Source: Lachnospiraceae bacterium (GTDB lineage: Bacteria; Bacillota; Clostridia; Lachnospirales; Lachnospiraceae). Taken from it: a DNA stretch of 64,000 bases. The position numbers and the translations under genes were made by a program. The notes below the pieces were generated by a model. The model did not search any database, was not told where the DNA came from, and saw only the letters and a list, made by a program, of their open reading frames with translations. Positions 18,882-29,254 of the stretch are shown here, one piece after another (the first letter of the stretch is position 1; each line of letters opens with the position of its first letter). The stretch spans positions 607 to 64,606 of the forward strand of contig JAFTPO010000012.1 in assembly GCA_017463225.1 (NCBI GenBank), in the 5' to 3' direction.

Positions 18882-19298
18882 ATGATGAAGGAGAAAAAAA
18901 GTGCATTTTGGTGGGTTGGCTTGCTTTTTATATGTGTAGGGATTTGGCTTATAGGGCTAAGTGTATTTTATTTAGTCACCTATGATAAGGTAGAGGGAGA
19001 ATTGTATATTACCAAGAAAGGCTATCATAATGAAATACATGTCTATGTTACATATGAGTACGGCGGCAAGCTTTATGAGGATATAGGTCTTTCTTCCCGA
19101 AATCTATTCACCATGAAGGATGGTAAGAAATATACAGTGTATATAAATCCGGATAAACCTGAGTGGCCTAAGTGCGTAGATTTTACCTTTGGGATACTGT
19201 CACTAGTGTTTGGAATTGTTTTGCTAAAAGTGGATGCTATGGACAAGCCTAAGGACAAAAAATACAACTATGCAGAGGATACACCTTGGTTAAAGTAG
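18882..19298 (+). CDS. DUF3592-like membrane protein
   Basis: 138 aa. N- and C-terminal TM helices flank a beta-rich domain (..VYVTYEYGGKLYE..KYTVYINPDKPEW). Confidence 0.6.
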   Translation: MMKEKKSAFWWVGLLFICVGIWLIGLSVFYLVTYDKVEGELYITKKGYHNEIHVYVTYEYGGKLYEDIGLSSRNLFTMKDGKKYTVYINPDKPEWPKCVDFTFGILSLVFGIVLLKVDAMDKPKDKKYNYAEDTPWLK

Positions 19299-19441
19299 AG
19301 TAATCTTACGTTTACAATACTGCATAAAATATGGTAAAATAAATCAGTTACGGACATAGTTGATTCTATAAAAGATAAGGGAATTAACTATGCTAAAACA
19401 ACAGATAAAAATACTGAATAATATCATTTAAGGAGATAGAT

Positions 19442-20305
19442 ATGAAGCTTAATTTTACAAAGATGGAAGGCCTGGGTAATGACTATGTATATGTGAACTG
19501 TTTTAAGGAAAACGTTGAGAATCCTTCGGAGCTTTCAAAGAGAGTAAGTGACAGACATTTTGGAATTGGTTCCGATGGTCTGATACTTATTAAGCCATCA
19601 CAGGTGGCAGACTTTACAATGGAGATGTACAATGCGGACGGTTCACAGTCAGAGATGTGTGGCAATGGTATCCGTTGTGTGGGAAAGTATGTGTATGATT
19701 ACGGTCTTACTGATAAGGAGGAAATATCAGTGGAGACTTTGGCGGGTATAAAGTATCTTAAGTTTGTGATTGATAGAAAGGACGCAAATGACAGAGGAAC
19801 AGTAGCTATGGTTACTGTAAATATGGGGGAGCCAATATTTGCACCGGCAGAGGTCCCTGTTGCCATAGATGAGGATTTAGATAAGGTTGTTGACTATCCT
19901 GTAACCATAGATGGTACAAGCTATAACATTACTTGCGTATCCATGGGAAATCCACACTGTATTACATATGTGGAGGACACAGATACATTTCCGCTAGAGG
20001 AGATTGGACCGAAGTTTGAGTCTAGTGCGTTATTCCCAAGAAGAGTTAATGCGGAATTTGTTCAGGTGGTAAGCAGAGACTATCTTAAGATGCGTGTGTG
20101 GGAGAGAGGCTCAGGAGAAACACTTGCCTGTGGTACAGGTACCTGCGCAACAGTTGTGGCAAGTATATTAAATGGTCTTACAGCGAATGAGGTTACAGTT
20201 AGACTCCTTGGGGGAGAGCTTATTATTAAGTGGGATAGAGAAACTAATCTGGTATATATGACAGGACCTGCTAAGGTTGTGTTTGATGGAGTTATAGAGA
20301 TATAA
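19442..20305 (+). CDS. dapF: diaminopimelate epimerase
   Basis: FTKMEGLGNDYVYV; catalytic Cys motifs SEMCGNGIRC and ETLACGTG. Confidence 0.93.
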   Translation: MKLNFTKMEGLGNDYVYVNCFKENVENPSELSKRVSDRHFGIGSDGLILIKPSQVADFTMEMYNADGSQSEMCGNGIRCVGKYVYDYGLTDKEEISVETLAGIKYLKFVIDRKDANDRGTVAMVTVNMGEPIFAPAEVPVAIDEDLDKVVDYPVTIDGTSYNITCVSMGNPHCITYVEDTDTFPLEEIGPKFESSALFPRRVNAEFVQVVSRDYLKMRVWERGSGETLACGTGTCATVVASILNGLTANEVTVRLLGGELIIKWDRETNLVYMTGPAKVVFDGVIEI

Positions 20306-20326
20306 GGAATTGTGGGGGAGAATAAT

Positions 20327-22051
20327 ATGAGGAGACAATTGTTTGAAAAAGTGAAGTGTTGCGTTGCGGTATTAGCAACGGCAGGGCTGATAATGGGCTC
20401 ATTTGCCGATGGCACAATAAATACATATGCTACAGAATTGGCTACGCCAACAGAGGCAACACCAATTGATGCGACAACTATAGATGAGGCTACAGAGGAA
20501 ATGACGACAGAGAAAGTAATAGAAGGAACTGAGGATGTGGTATCTGAAGAGACAACTCAGGAACTGGTGGATACAGGCTCATTGCTTCGTGATGTAAAGC
20601 CGGGAGAGCCAAGCATTACATATGCAGTACACTGTCAGGATTATGGCTGGATGACCCCGGTTTCTAATGGTGCTATGGCAGGAACCAGTGGACAGGCGAA
20701 GAGGCTAGAGGCAATCAGTATAACATTGAAGACTAATCAGGCAACAAATGATAAAGGAGAACCGTTAACAGGTGGAATAAAATACAGAACCCACGTACAG
20801 TATATCGGTTGGCAGGATTGGGTAAGTGCAGACTTAGATGGACAGGATATCAGCCTTCAAATAGATTCTGGCATTTACGGTGGTACTATGGGTATGTCAA
20901 GACGTTTGGAGGGCATACAGATAGAGCTTTATGGAGAACTGGCACAGTACTATGATGTATTGTATAGAACCCATGTACAGGATTATGGTTGGATGAATTA
21001 TGTGTCCAATGGAAAGCTGTCCGGAACCACAGGTCAGTCAAAGCGTCTTGAAGCTATCGAAATAGCTCTTGTAAAGAAGAACACCCAGGTGTCTGCAAGC
21101 CTTACATATAAGGTGCATGCACAGGATTATGGCTGGATGAGTGAGGTAGCCCCTGCTCTTGGAGAGTATAATAATAATACAGTTGCAGGAACTACCGGTA
21201 AGTCAAAGCGTTTAGAGGCTATAGTGTTAAATCTCGATACAGTAGGAGTCACAGGAGATGTGGAGGTAAGTGCTCACGTGCAGGATATAGGCTGGATGAC
21301 CCCGGTTAGTGGCGGACAGATATCCGGTACAGAGGGACGCTCTAAGAGAATGGAGGCTGTAACAATTAGATTAACAGGCTCTATAGCGGCTTACTATGAC
21401 ATATACTATAGAGTACATATACAGAATTTTGGATGGCTTGATTGGGCGGTTAATGGACAAAAGGCCGGAAGCCAGGGCTTGGGCTATCGAATGGAGGCTC
21501 TTCAGGTTGTGCTGGTTAAAAAGGGTTCGGCTGCTCCTGGAGCTACTACAAGACCATTCTATGACTTTGGAGCAGGAGATTGGACCATATTGCCGGGAGC
21601 TCTTTCTATAGAGGTTAACAAGCAGATGAATTGTATAACTGTATATAAGGGAAGTGTACCGATTAAAGCAATGGTGTGTTCTACAGGTAGCTATACACCT
21701 GTGGGAACCTTTAATCTAAAGTCAAAATGGAGATGGAAGGAACTGATACATGATGTGTATGGTCAGTATTCTTATCATATAACCGGAGATATATTATTCC
21801 ACTCCGTACCATATGATGATCCTAATATCTATAAGCTTTTGACCAGCGAATACAACAAGTTAGGACAGACTGCATCAGCAGGCTGCATCAGACTTACAAC
21901 GGCTGATGCAAAGTGGCTGTATGACAACTGTCCAAAGGGTACAAAAGTAAAAATATACAACAGCACAAATCCGGGACCTTTGGGTAAGCCAACGGCGCAA
22001 AAGATTCCGGCAGGACAGAACTGGGATCCAACAGACCCGGCTATTAAGTAG
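20327..22051 (+). CDS. secreted L,D-transpeptidase (YkuD domain) with six ChW (clostridial hydrophobic-W) repeats
   Basis: Signal peptide. Six repeats of the type Y+xHVQDxGWMxxVSNGxxxGTTGQSKRLEAIxIxL (about nt 20600-21560). C-terminal YkuD motif HSVPY..SAGCIRL. ATG 20327 follows GGGGGAG. Confidence 0.85.
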   Translation: MRRQLFEKVKCCVAVLATAGLIMGSFADGTINTYATELATPTEATPIDATTIDEATEEMTTEKVIEGTEDVVSEETTQELVDTGSLLRDVKPGEPSITYAVHCQDYGWMTPVSNGAMAGTSGQAKRLEAISITLKTNQATNDKGEPLTGGIKYRTHVQYIGWQDWVSADLDGQDISLQIDSGIYGGTMGMSRRLEGIQIELYGELAQYYDVLYRTHVQDYGWMNYVSNGKLSGTTGQSKRLEAIEIALVKKNTQVSASLTYKVHAQDYGWMSEVAPALGEYNNNTVAGTTGKSKRLEAIVLNLDTVGVTGDVEVSAHVQDIGWMTPVSGGQISGTEGRSKRMEAVTIRLTGSIAAYYDIYYRVHIQNFGWLDWAVNGQKAGSQGLGYRMEALQVVLVKKGSAAPGATTRPFYDFGAGDWTILPGALSIEVNKQMNCITVYKGSVPIKAMVCSTGSYTPVGTFNLKSKWRWKELIHDVYGQYSYHITGDILFHSVPYDDPNIYKLLTSEYNKLGQTASAGCIRLTTADAKWLYDNCPKGTKVKIYNSTNPGPLGKPTAQKIPAGQNWDPTDPAIK

Positions 22052-22076
22052 AAGATAAATTATAATTGGAGGCAAT

Positions 22077-23429
22077 ATGTATCTACAGGAGGAGAAGAAA
22101 AGATTTTTAGCTATAGCGGCTAATTTGATAATATTAGTATTTCAGGCTCGCTCCTTTGGATATGTGTGGTCAAATTGCTATGACAGCCCATATTTCTTTA
22201 GAGGAGATTATGTGGTTATAGGATTATATATGGCATTTGTGTATCTGATTACTAAAGGCTTCAATGGATATAAGCTAAATTATATGAGGATAGGTCAGCT
22301 TTGTGTATCCCATGTAATAGCGATTTGTTTAGGTGGTGCGATTGCTTATGCATTTATCTGTATGGCGTTAAACGAGTATGAGAGTGCTATGCCTATACTT
22401 GTTATGGTAGGTGTGCAGGTATTGTTTGTTGTGGTTTGGTTGATTGTTGTTAGAGCAATTCAAACCTATTTGTACCCTCCAAGACGAATGGCAACGGTTT
22501 ATGGAAATTATCCTCCGGATAATTTCCTGGAAAAGCTAAATAAGGGAAGTAATAGATATCATATTTCACTTATGTGTAGCTGCCAGGAGGGCTTTGAGAG
22601 TATTTGTGAGAAGATTGATGATTGTGAGGGAGTAATTCTTTATGATTTATCCTCAGAGATTCGCAACCAGATTATTAAGCATTGCTATCAAAAGAATATA
22701 AGAATATATGTGGTTCCTAAGATTACGGATATTATTATGAGGGAGTCAGAGGAGCTTTATCTGGTGGATACACCATTGTTTTTATCTCGAGCACAGGGAC
22801 TGCATCTTGACCAGCGCATAGTGAAGCGCATGATGGATATAGTTGTATCAGCTTTGGGAATTATCTTATTATCACCGGTTATGCTGGTAACAGCCATTGC
22901 CATAAAGCTTTATGACAGGGGACCGGTTTTATACAAGCAAACCAGATATACTTTGGACAAAAAAACATTTACTATATACAAGTTTAGAAGTATGGAAATG
23001 GATGCAGAGCGAAAAGGCGCTCAGCTGGCTCGCAAGGGGGATTTAAGAATTACTCCTATAGGAAGGATTATAAGACGGGCTCATATAGACGAACTTCCAC
23101 AGCTTTTTAATGTGCTAAAGGGAGATATGTCTATGGTGGGACCTAGGCCGGAGAGACCGGAGATTTTTGAAAAGTATTCAAAGTCTATACCGGAGTTTGA
23201 GTTTAGATTAAAGTGCAAGGCGGGAATAACCGGATATGCACAGGTTCATGGAAAGTACAACACCACGCCTATAGATAAGCTTAAGTTGGATTTGTTATAT
23301 ATCGAAAGATATTCATTTTGGTTAGATATTAAGCTAATGTTACTAACCTTTGGAATATTGTTGTCCAAGGATAGTACAGAGGGGATAGAGTCAGATCAGG
23401 TTACGGCTCTAAGTAGGGAGGAAAAATAG
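22077..23429 (+). CDS. polyprenyl-phosphate sugar-1-phosphate transferase (Bac_transf, WcaJ/EpsL-like priming enzyme)
   Basis: N-terminal TM block. C-terminal KRMMDIVVSALGIILLSPV.., YKFRSM, DELPQLFNVLKGDMSMVGPRP. Confidence 0.9.
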   Translation: MYLQEEKKRFLAIAANLIILVFQARSFGYVWSNCYDSPYFFRGDYVVIGLYMAFVYLITKGFNGYKLNYMRIGQLCVSHVIAICLGGAIAYAFICMALNEYESAMPILVMVGVQVLFVVVWLIVVRAIQTYLYPPRRMATVYGNYPPDNFLEKLNKGSNRYHISLMCSCQEGFESICEKIDDCEGVILYDLSSEIRNQIIKHCYQKNIRIYVVPKITDIIMRESEELYLVDTPLFLSRAQGLHLDQRIVKRMMDIVVSALGIILLSPVMLVTAIAIKLYDRGPVLYKQTRYTLDKKTFTIYKFRSMEMDAERKGAQLARKGDLRITPIGRIIRRAHIDELPQLFNVLKGDMSMVGPRPERPEIFEKYSKSIPEFEFRLKCKAGITGYAQVHGKYNTTPIDKLKLDLLYIERYSFWLDIKLMLLTFGILLSKDSTEGIESDQVTALSREEK

Positions 23430-24131
23430 ATGAATGTGGCCATAATTATAGCTGGCGGTGTCGGAAGTCGTATGGGACACGATATACCGAAACAGTTTAT
23501 GTTAGTAGAGGGTAAACCGGTGCTACTATACACTCTGGAGAATTTTCAGAATCATCCTATGATAGATGCCATAGAGGTTGTATGTATAGATGGCTGGCAG
23601 CAGGATTTGCAAAAATATATAGAGGAATACAATATAGATAAGGTTAGATGGGTAATAACCGGTGGTGCTACAGCACAGGAATCCATACGAAATGGTGTGG
23701 AGAATTTGAAAGATGTGCTTAAAAAGGATGATACAGTTATTGTTCATGATGGAATACGACCTCTGGTTGATATAGATGTACTTACGGATGTAATTGAAAC
23801 CTGTAAGAAGTATGGCAATGGTGTTACTTCCCTGCCATACAATGAGCAGATTTTTGTTGTGGATGATGAGTATTCTACCACAAGCTATATTCCAAGGGAA
23901 ACGCTAAGAAGAGTGTCAACACCTCAGGCATATAGGTTTGATAAGCTTTGTTGGGCATATGATAAGGCGTTTAGAGAAGAAATAGGTATATACGGTTCCT
24001 CATATACCAACACTATGATGGTGGAGTTAGGAGAGAGATTGTATTTTGCAAAGGGGTCAGATAAGAATATAAAGCTTACCACCCCTGATGATTTGGAGAT
24101 ATTTAAGGGTTACTTAAAGGGTAAAATGTAA
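23430..24131 (+). CDS. IspD/TarI-family cytidylyltransferase (CDP-ribitol/polyol-phosphate type)
   Basis: AIIIAGGVGSRMG..PKQF, VIVHDGIRP. Its start abuts the stop of the upstream gene. Confidence 0.8.
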   Translation: MNVAIIIAGGVGSRMGHDIPKQFMLVEGKPVLLYTLENFQNHPMIDAIEVVCIDGWQQDLQKYIEEYNIDKVRWVITGGATAQESIRNGVENLKDVLKKDDTVIVHDGIRPLVDIDVLTDVIETCKKYGNGVTSLPYNEQIFVVDDEYSTTSYIPRETLRRVSTPQAYRFDKLCWAYDKAFREEIGIYGSSYTNTMMVELGERLYFAKGSDKNIKLTTPDDLEIFKGYLKGKM

Positions 24132-24140
24132 GGAGCTTGT

Positions 24141-24914
24141 ATGACAGGAATTAAGGAGCTATATCAGTATCGGGATTTATTTTGCGAGCTGGTTAGAAAG
24201 GGCATAAGATTAAAATATAGACGTTCCTATCTGGGAGTTGTTTGGTCTATGATAGAGCCACTCCTGACCATGATAGTACTTACCGTTGTGTTTGGAACAT
24301 TGCTGGGACATCATGAGAAAACATTTCCAGTGTATATTCTATCAGGAAGACTGATATATACTCTTTTTTCTCAGTCTACCACAGGAGCATTAAAGTCTAT
24401 TAGACAAAATGAAGGGTTGATAAAGAAGGTTTTCGTACCTAAGCTATTATATCCGTTGTCTTCGGTTGCGTTTAATTATGTGTTATTCCTTATATCGTTG
24501 GTGGTGCTGGCTGGGGTGTCACTGGTGTTGGGAGTATATCCTACCATTAAAATGTTAATGGCCATATTGCCACTTATAGTGTTGTTTTTTATGTCTGTGG
24601 GAGTAGGATTGATACTATCCACACTAGGTTCATTTTTTAGAGATTTGGAATATCTTTGGAATGTGGGATTAATGCTTGTAATGTATGCAAGCGCAATATT
24701 TTATTACCCGGATGCCATATTGGAAAGTAAAGTAAGTTGGATACTAAGCTACAATCCATTGTTTTGTGTTATATCCAACTTTAGAAGCTGCATATTTGGA
24801 GAGAGTATGGATATGACAATGCTTGGATATTCTGCAGGATTTGCTATGACAGTGTTAGTTGTAGGATATATTATATTTGAGAAAAACAAGAATAAATTTA
24901 TATTACACCTATAG
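24141..24914 (+). CDS. tagG: ABC-2 type polymer export permease (TagG/Wzm-like)
   Basis: 257 aa with six TM helices and a YRRSYLGVVWSMIEP N-terminal ABC-2 signature. Confidence 0.85.
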   Translation: MTGIKELYQYRDLFCELVRKGIRLKYRRSYLGVVWSMIEPLLTMIVLTVVFGTLLGHHEKTFPVYILSGRLIYTLFSQSTTGALKSIRQNEGLIKKVFVPKLLYPLSSVAFNYVLFLISLVVLAGVSLVLGVYPTIKMLMAILPLIVLFFMSVGVGLILSTLGSFFRDLEYLWNVGLMLVMYASAIFYYPDAILESKVSWILSYNPLFCVISNFRSCIFGESMDMTMLGYSAGFAMTVLVVGYIIFEKNKNKFILHL

Positions 24915-24931
24915 GAAAGAGATAGGACTAA

Positions 24932-25678
24932 ATGAGCGATAAAGTAACAGAGGCAATTAAATTAGAGAATGTGACCATGAGCTTTAATCTACACAAGGAA
25001 AAGCTGGATAGTGTGAAGGAATACGTGCTGGGCTTGGTGAAGGGTAAGACCAAGAAGCAAATGTTTAATGCCTTATCAGATATTAGTTTTTCAGTAAACA
25101 AAGGTGATAGAGTAGGTGTTTTGGGACTGAATGGAGCCGGAAAATCCACACTTATGAAGGTAATCGCCGGTGTGTATGAGCCTACGTCAGGCAATGTTTA
25201 TAAGGAAGGTGTTGTTGCGCCTATGATAGAGCTTGGTGCAGGCTTTGATGTTCAGTATACCGGTGCAGAAAATATATATTTATATGGTTCGGTGCTTGGT
25301 CATTCAAGAAAGGATATGCAGCAGCGTTTTGATGAGATAGTTGAGTTTTCGGAGCTTAAAGAATTTATTGATGTGCCACTAAAGAACTATTCATCAGGTA
25401 TGAGAGCAAGGCTGGGATTTGCTATTGCTACTGTGGTAAAGCCGGATATTTTAATTCTTGATGAGGTGCTTTCTGTTGGCGATGCAAAATTCAAGAAAAA
25501 AAGTGAGGCAAAGCTTATGTCTATGATGGATGAGCAAACTACAGTGATTTTTGTGTCCCATAATCTGGCACAGGTAAGAAGAATATGCAATAAAGCTATG
25601 ATATTGGAAAAGGGTAGATTGATTGCTTATGGGGATATTGATGAGATTGCAACCAGATATGAGGAGATGACTAAGTGA
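24932..25678 (+). CDS. tagH: polymer export ABC ATP-binding protein (TagH/Wzt-like)
   Basis: Walker A GLNGAGKST, signature YSSGMRARL, Walker B ILILDEVLS. Confidence 0.9.
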   Translation: MSDKVTEAIKLENVTMSFNLHKEKLDSVKEYVLGLVKGKTKKQMFNALSDISFSVNKGDRVGVLGLNGAGKSTLMKVIAGVYEPTSGNVYKEGVVAPMIELGAGFDVQYTGAENIYLYGSVLGHSRKDMQQRFDEIVEFSELKEFIDVPLKNYSSGMRARLGFAIATVVKPDILILDEVLSVGDAKFKKKSEAKLMSMMDEQTTVIFVSHNLAQVRRICNKAMILEKGRLIAYGDIDEIATRYEEMTK

Positions 25679-26781
25679 TGAGTAATATAAGAATGGTATT
25701 TAAGATGCTATGCCAGCATATTATTTTCCCTTTTGTATACTTTGTAAATAGATTCAGACCTATAGATAAAAAGCTGGTAATACTGGCTGATGCTCATCAT
25801 GATGGCTGTCCGGAGCATATGAGCTACCTAAGAGCAAAACTGATGGAGACTGACCTTAAGGTAGAGGAATGCTTCTTTAATATTTATACAATAGGCAAGT
25901 GGGAAGCCTTCAAGCAGATGGTTAGCTTTATGGCAAAATACCCAACAGCATCTACAGTCGTGGTATGTGATTATTTTTTGCCGGTGGCATCCTGCAATAA
26001 AAAGAAGAAAACAAAGGTTGTTCAGCTTTGGCATGGATGTGGGGCCTTTAAAAAATTTGGATATAATTCAAAGGAAGATATTCCTGAAGGCTATCACGGT
26101 AATGTTCATAAGAATTATTCTATGGTTACGGTCAGTGGGGAGGCAGCGGTTAAGCCTTTTGAAACTGCCATGATACTTGGAGCTGACAACGTTATAAAGC
26201 CAATGGGTGTAAGTTTTACTGATCGACTTTATGATGAAAACTATATTGGACTTTGCAAGGATAAGTTTCGATTTGAACATCCTGATGCTTCAGGCAAGCA
26301 GGTTATATTGTGGGCGCCGACCTTTAGAGGTAACGCCAAAAAGAAAAAGGATGAGATAAATGTTACACCGGGCGAGGCTTATGTTAATTTATTAGCGCAG
26401 GATGACAGATATTACCTTATAAAAAGCTTACATCCGCACCTGCACAAGCAGGGAACTATGACTACCGGAGAACTGCTTTGCTGTGCTGACTTGCTTATTA
26501 CAGATTATTCATCAGTGTTTTTTGAGTATTTGCTGATGGACAAGCCTATTATATTCTTTGCTCCTGATTATGATGTATATTCTGCGGGCAGAGGCTTTTA
26601 TTTGGATTATAAGACATTGCCGGGAGTGGTTCTTACCTTGGATACTGATTTGAGACCACACGTAGAGGAAGCTTTGGAGAATGATGAGTATTCTGAGACA
26701 AGAGCAGAGTATAGGGATAGGTATATGGCTGCTTGTGATGGCTGCGCAACGAAGAGGATAGTTGATTATATAATTGGATAA
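25675..26781 (+). CDS. CDP-glycerol/polyol-phosphate glycerophosphotransferase family (TagB/TagF/TarL), paralog 1
   Basis: QLWHGCGAFKKFG, WAPTFRG, TDYSSVFFEY, ACDGCATKRIV. Start overlaps the tagH stop. Confidence 0.85.
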   Translation: MMSNIRMVFKMLCQHIIFPFVYFVNRFRPIDKKLVILADAHHDGCPEHMSYLRAKLMETDLKVEECFFNIYTIGKWEAFKQMVSFMAKYPTASTVVVCDYFLPVASCNKKKKTKVVQLWHGCGAFKKFGYNSKEDIPEGYHGNVHKNYSMVTVSGEAAVKPFETAMILGADNVIKPMGVSFTDRLYDENYIGLCKDKFRFEHPDASGKQVILWAPTFRGNAKKKKDEINVTPGEAYVNLLAQDDRYYLIKSLHPHLHKQGTMTTGELLCCADLLITDYSSVFFEYLLMDKPIIFFAPDYDVYSAGRGFYLDYKTLPGVVLTLDTDLRPHVEEALENDEYSETRAEYRDRYMAACDGCATKRIVDYIIG

Positions 26782-26868
26782 GAATTAAGATAATTAAATT
26801 ATTGATATTTGCGGTTGTTTTAGCTATACTTAGTCGGATTGCAAAATATTATACAGAGGTTAAGTATT

Positions 26869-27966
26869 ATGAATAAATTTATAGTGGGTTTTCTTTTGCC
26901 CCTTTGGTACAGACTTTGTTGTTTCTGTAGAGTAAAAAATAATATTCTTTTTATTGTAATCAAAGGAGATAAGCTCCCATCTGATTTCAATGTAATTAAA
27001 AAACGTATAAAGAAGGATGATGAGTTAAAATCATATAAGAGAATATATCACTACTTTACATTAGGTCGAGGTACAAAGCTTAAATATGGAAGTAGATGTT
27101 TTTCTTTGATGCCGAAGCTTGCAAGGGCAAAGTATGTTTTTGTGAGTGATGGAAGTAATGTGATATCCTCTTTGAGGCTTAGAAAGGGTACAAAGCTGAT
27201 TCAAACCTGGCATGGCTGTGGAGCTTTGAAGAAGTTTGGTAAGGACGTTGATTGTGATAAACAGTATTTTAAAAATGAGGATGTAGTAACCTTAAGTAGT
27301 GAAAATGTTGTGCCTGCTGTAAGACAAGCTATGGTGCTTGATGAGAGTGTGATGTTTTCCATCGGTGTTCCTCATACAGATATTTTTTATAGTAAGACTT
27401 TTGAGAAGCATTGTCAGCAGCTGAAAGATGAACTTTTAGCAGGCAGAAATAAGAAGATTGTGTTATATGCTCCAACCTTTAGAGGAGATGTGAATGCTCC
27501 GAAGGATGCAAGTGGTCTCAATCTTGATATAATGTATAAGCATTTGAATCAGGAATATATTGTAATTAGTAAACTGCATCCATTGCTTAGACCAGTGAAG
27601 AAGAGTTATAGACATAGAGATTTCTACTATGATGTGGGAAGTGTATGGTCTATCGAGGAGGCATTAATGGTATGCGATATACTTGTGACAGACTACTCTT
27701 CCATAATTTTTGATTATTCATTGCTTAATAAACCGGCTATTTTTTACGCATATGATTTGGCAGAATACAAGGAACAGGTGGGCTTTTATTTGGATTATGA
27801 GAGTGAGATGCCTGGTGCCATTTGCAACAGTACAATGGAAGTTATTAAGGAGATTAAAAATGGTTCATTTGATGTAGGAAAGATGAAGTCGTTTAGGGAA
27901 AAGTATATGGATGCCTGTGATGGTCATTCCACAGAAAGATTGGTGGAGATTATGAAAAACTCTTAA
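26869..27966 (+). CDS. CDP-glycerol glycerophosphotransferase family, paralog 2
   Basis: QTWHGCGALKKFG, YAPTFRG, TDYSSIIFDY, ACDGHSTERLV. ATG 26869; the ORF track starts at 26839. Confidence 0.85.
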   Translation: MNKFIVGFLLPLWYRLCCFCRVKNNILFIVIKGDKLPSDFNVIKKRIKKDDELKSYKRIYHYFTLGRGTKLKYGSRCFSLMPKLARAKYVFVSDGSNVISSLRLRKGTKLIQTWHGCGALKKFGKDVDCDKQYFKNEDVVTLSSENVVPAVRQAMVLDESVMFSIGVPHTDIFYSKTFEKHCQQLKDELLAGRNKKIVLYAPTFRGDVNAPKDASGLNLDIMYKHLNQEYIVISKLHPLLRPVKKSYRHRDFYYDVGSVWSIEEALMVCDILVTDYSSIIFDYSLLNKPAIFYAYDLAEYKEQVGFYLDYESEMPGAICNSTMEVIKEIKNGSFDVGKMKSFREKYMDACDGHSTERLVEIMKNS

Positions 27967-27988
27967 ACCTGTAATTGGAGATGATAAA

Positions 27989-29245
27989 ATGCGTAGTATT
28001 AAGGAGAATCCAATATATGTATTCGTGAGAAAACGACATTGGAAGATAAGCAAAATGCTTAGAAATCCGTTAATTCAGATATATAGATTTTGTATCTTAA
28101 AAATTCTTTATCCAACTGTGTATAAGATAAATGCAAAAAAGCCTCTCAAGGAAGATAAAGTTGTTTTTGTTGAAATAAGAATATCAGAGCTTAGCAATAG
28201 CTTCTCTTTGATACATAAGGAATTGACAGAAGGCTACAAATACGATATACACTTGCATTTTTTACGTGTTGGGTTTGTATCGCGTAGGGAACAAATTAAG
28301 CTGGCCACAAAAATGGTTAGTGACATAAGTGATGCAAAGTATGTAATTTTAAATGAAGGTTCAGGTGTTATTGGAAGTCTTCCGATTCGACAGGATACAA
28401 TAGTTCTCCAAACGTGGCACGGATGTGGAGCATTTAAAAAGTTTGGTATGAGCACAGCAGATTTGATTTTTGGAGATGATCGAAAAAACCAAGAGAAATA
28501 TCCGGTTCACAAGAACTATACATATGTTACTGTAAGCTCTCCTGAGGTAGTATGGGCGTATGAGGATGCTATGCCCAGCATAAAAGGTAAATCTATAGTA
28601 AAACCTGTAGGTGTTTCAAGAACAGATATTTTCTATGATGAGGAAGCAAAAACTAAGGCTTATAATAGAATATATGAATTGGTGCCGGAGGCAAAGGGAA
28701 AGAAGATTATAATGTATGCACCAACCTTTAGAGGAAGGGTGGTTAATGCCAAGACATCACATGAATTAGATGTTGCATATATGCACAAATATTTAAAGGA
28801 TGATTATGTTGTAATTTATAAACATCATCCGGTGGTAAAAAAGAGACCGGAAATACCAGAAAATCTGGAACACTTCGCATACGACTTAACAGATGATATT
28901 AGTATTGAGGATCTAATTATGGTAAGTGATATATGTATATCGGATTATTCGTCTTTGGTTTTTGAATATTCGCTATTTGAAAGACCTATGATATTCTTTG
29001 CTTATGATTTGGATGATTATTACGATTGGAGAGGCTTTTATTACGATTATTATGAATTTGCTCCGGGACCTATATTTTCAAATACTAATGATATAGTAAA
29101 ATATATAAATGGTATATCGAAGAATTTTGATAAGCAAAAGGTTATAGATTTTAAAAATAAGTTCATGAGTGCCTGTGATGGTCATGCCACAGAGCGAATT
29201 ATGAAAATGACATTTAAAGAAGATTTGGATAGGTATAGAAGGTAG
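27989..29245 (+). CDS. CDP-glycerol glycerophosphotransferase family, paralog 3
   Basis: QTWHGCGAFKKFG, YAPTFRG, SDYSSLVFEY, ACDGHATERIM. Confidence 0.85.
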   Translation: MRSIKENPIYVFVRKRHWKISKMLRNPLIQIYRFCILKILYPTVYKINAKKPLKEDKVVFVEIRISELSNSFSLIHKELTEGYKYDIHLHFLRVGFVSRREQIKLATKMVSDISDAKYVILNEGSGVIGSLPIRQDTIVLQTWHGCGAFKKFGMSTADLIFGDDRKNQEKYPVHKNYTYVTVSSPEVVWAYEDAMPSIKGKSIVKPVGVSRTDIFYDEEAKTKAYNRIYELVPEAKGKKIIMYAPTFRGRVVNAKTSHELDVAYMHKYLKDDYVVIYKHHPVVKKRPEIPENLEHFAYDLTDDISIEDLIMVSDICISDYSSLVFEYSLFERPMIFFAYDLDDYYDWRGFYYDYYEFAPGPIFSNTNDIVKYINGISKNFDKQKVIDFKNKFMSACDGHATERIMKMTFKEDLDRYRR

Positions 29246-29254
29246 GAGAAAAAG

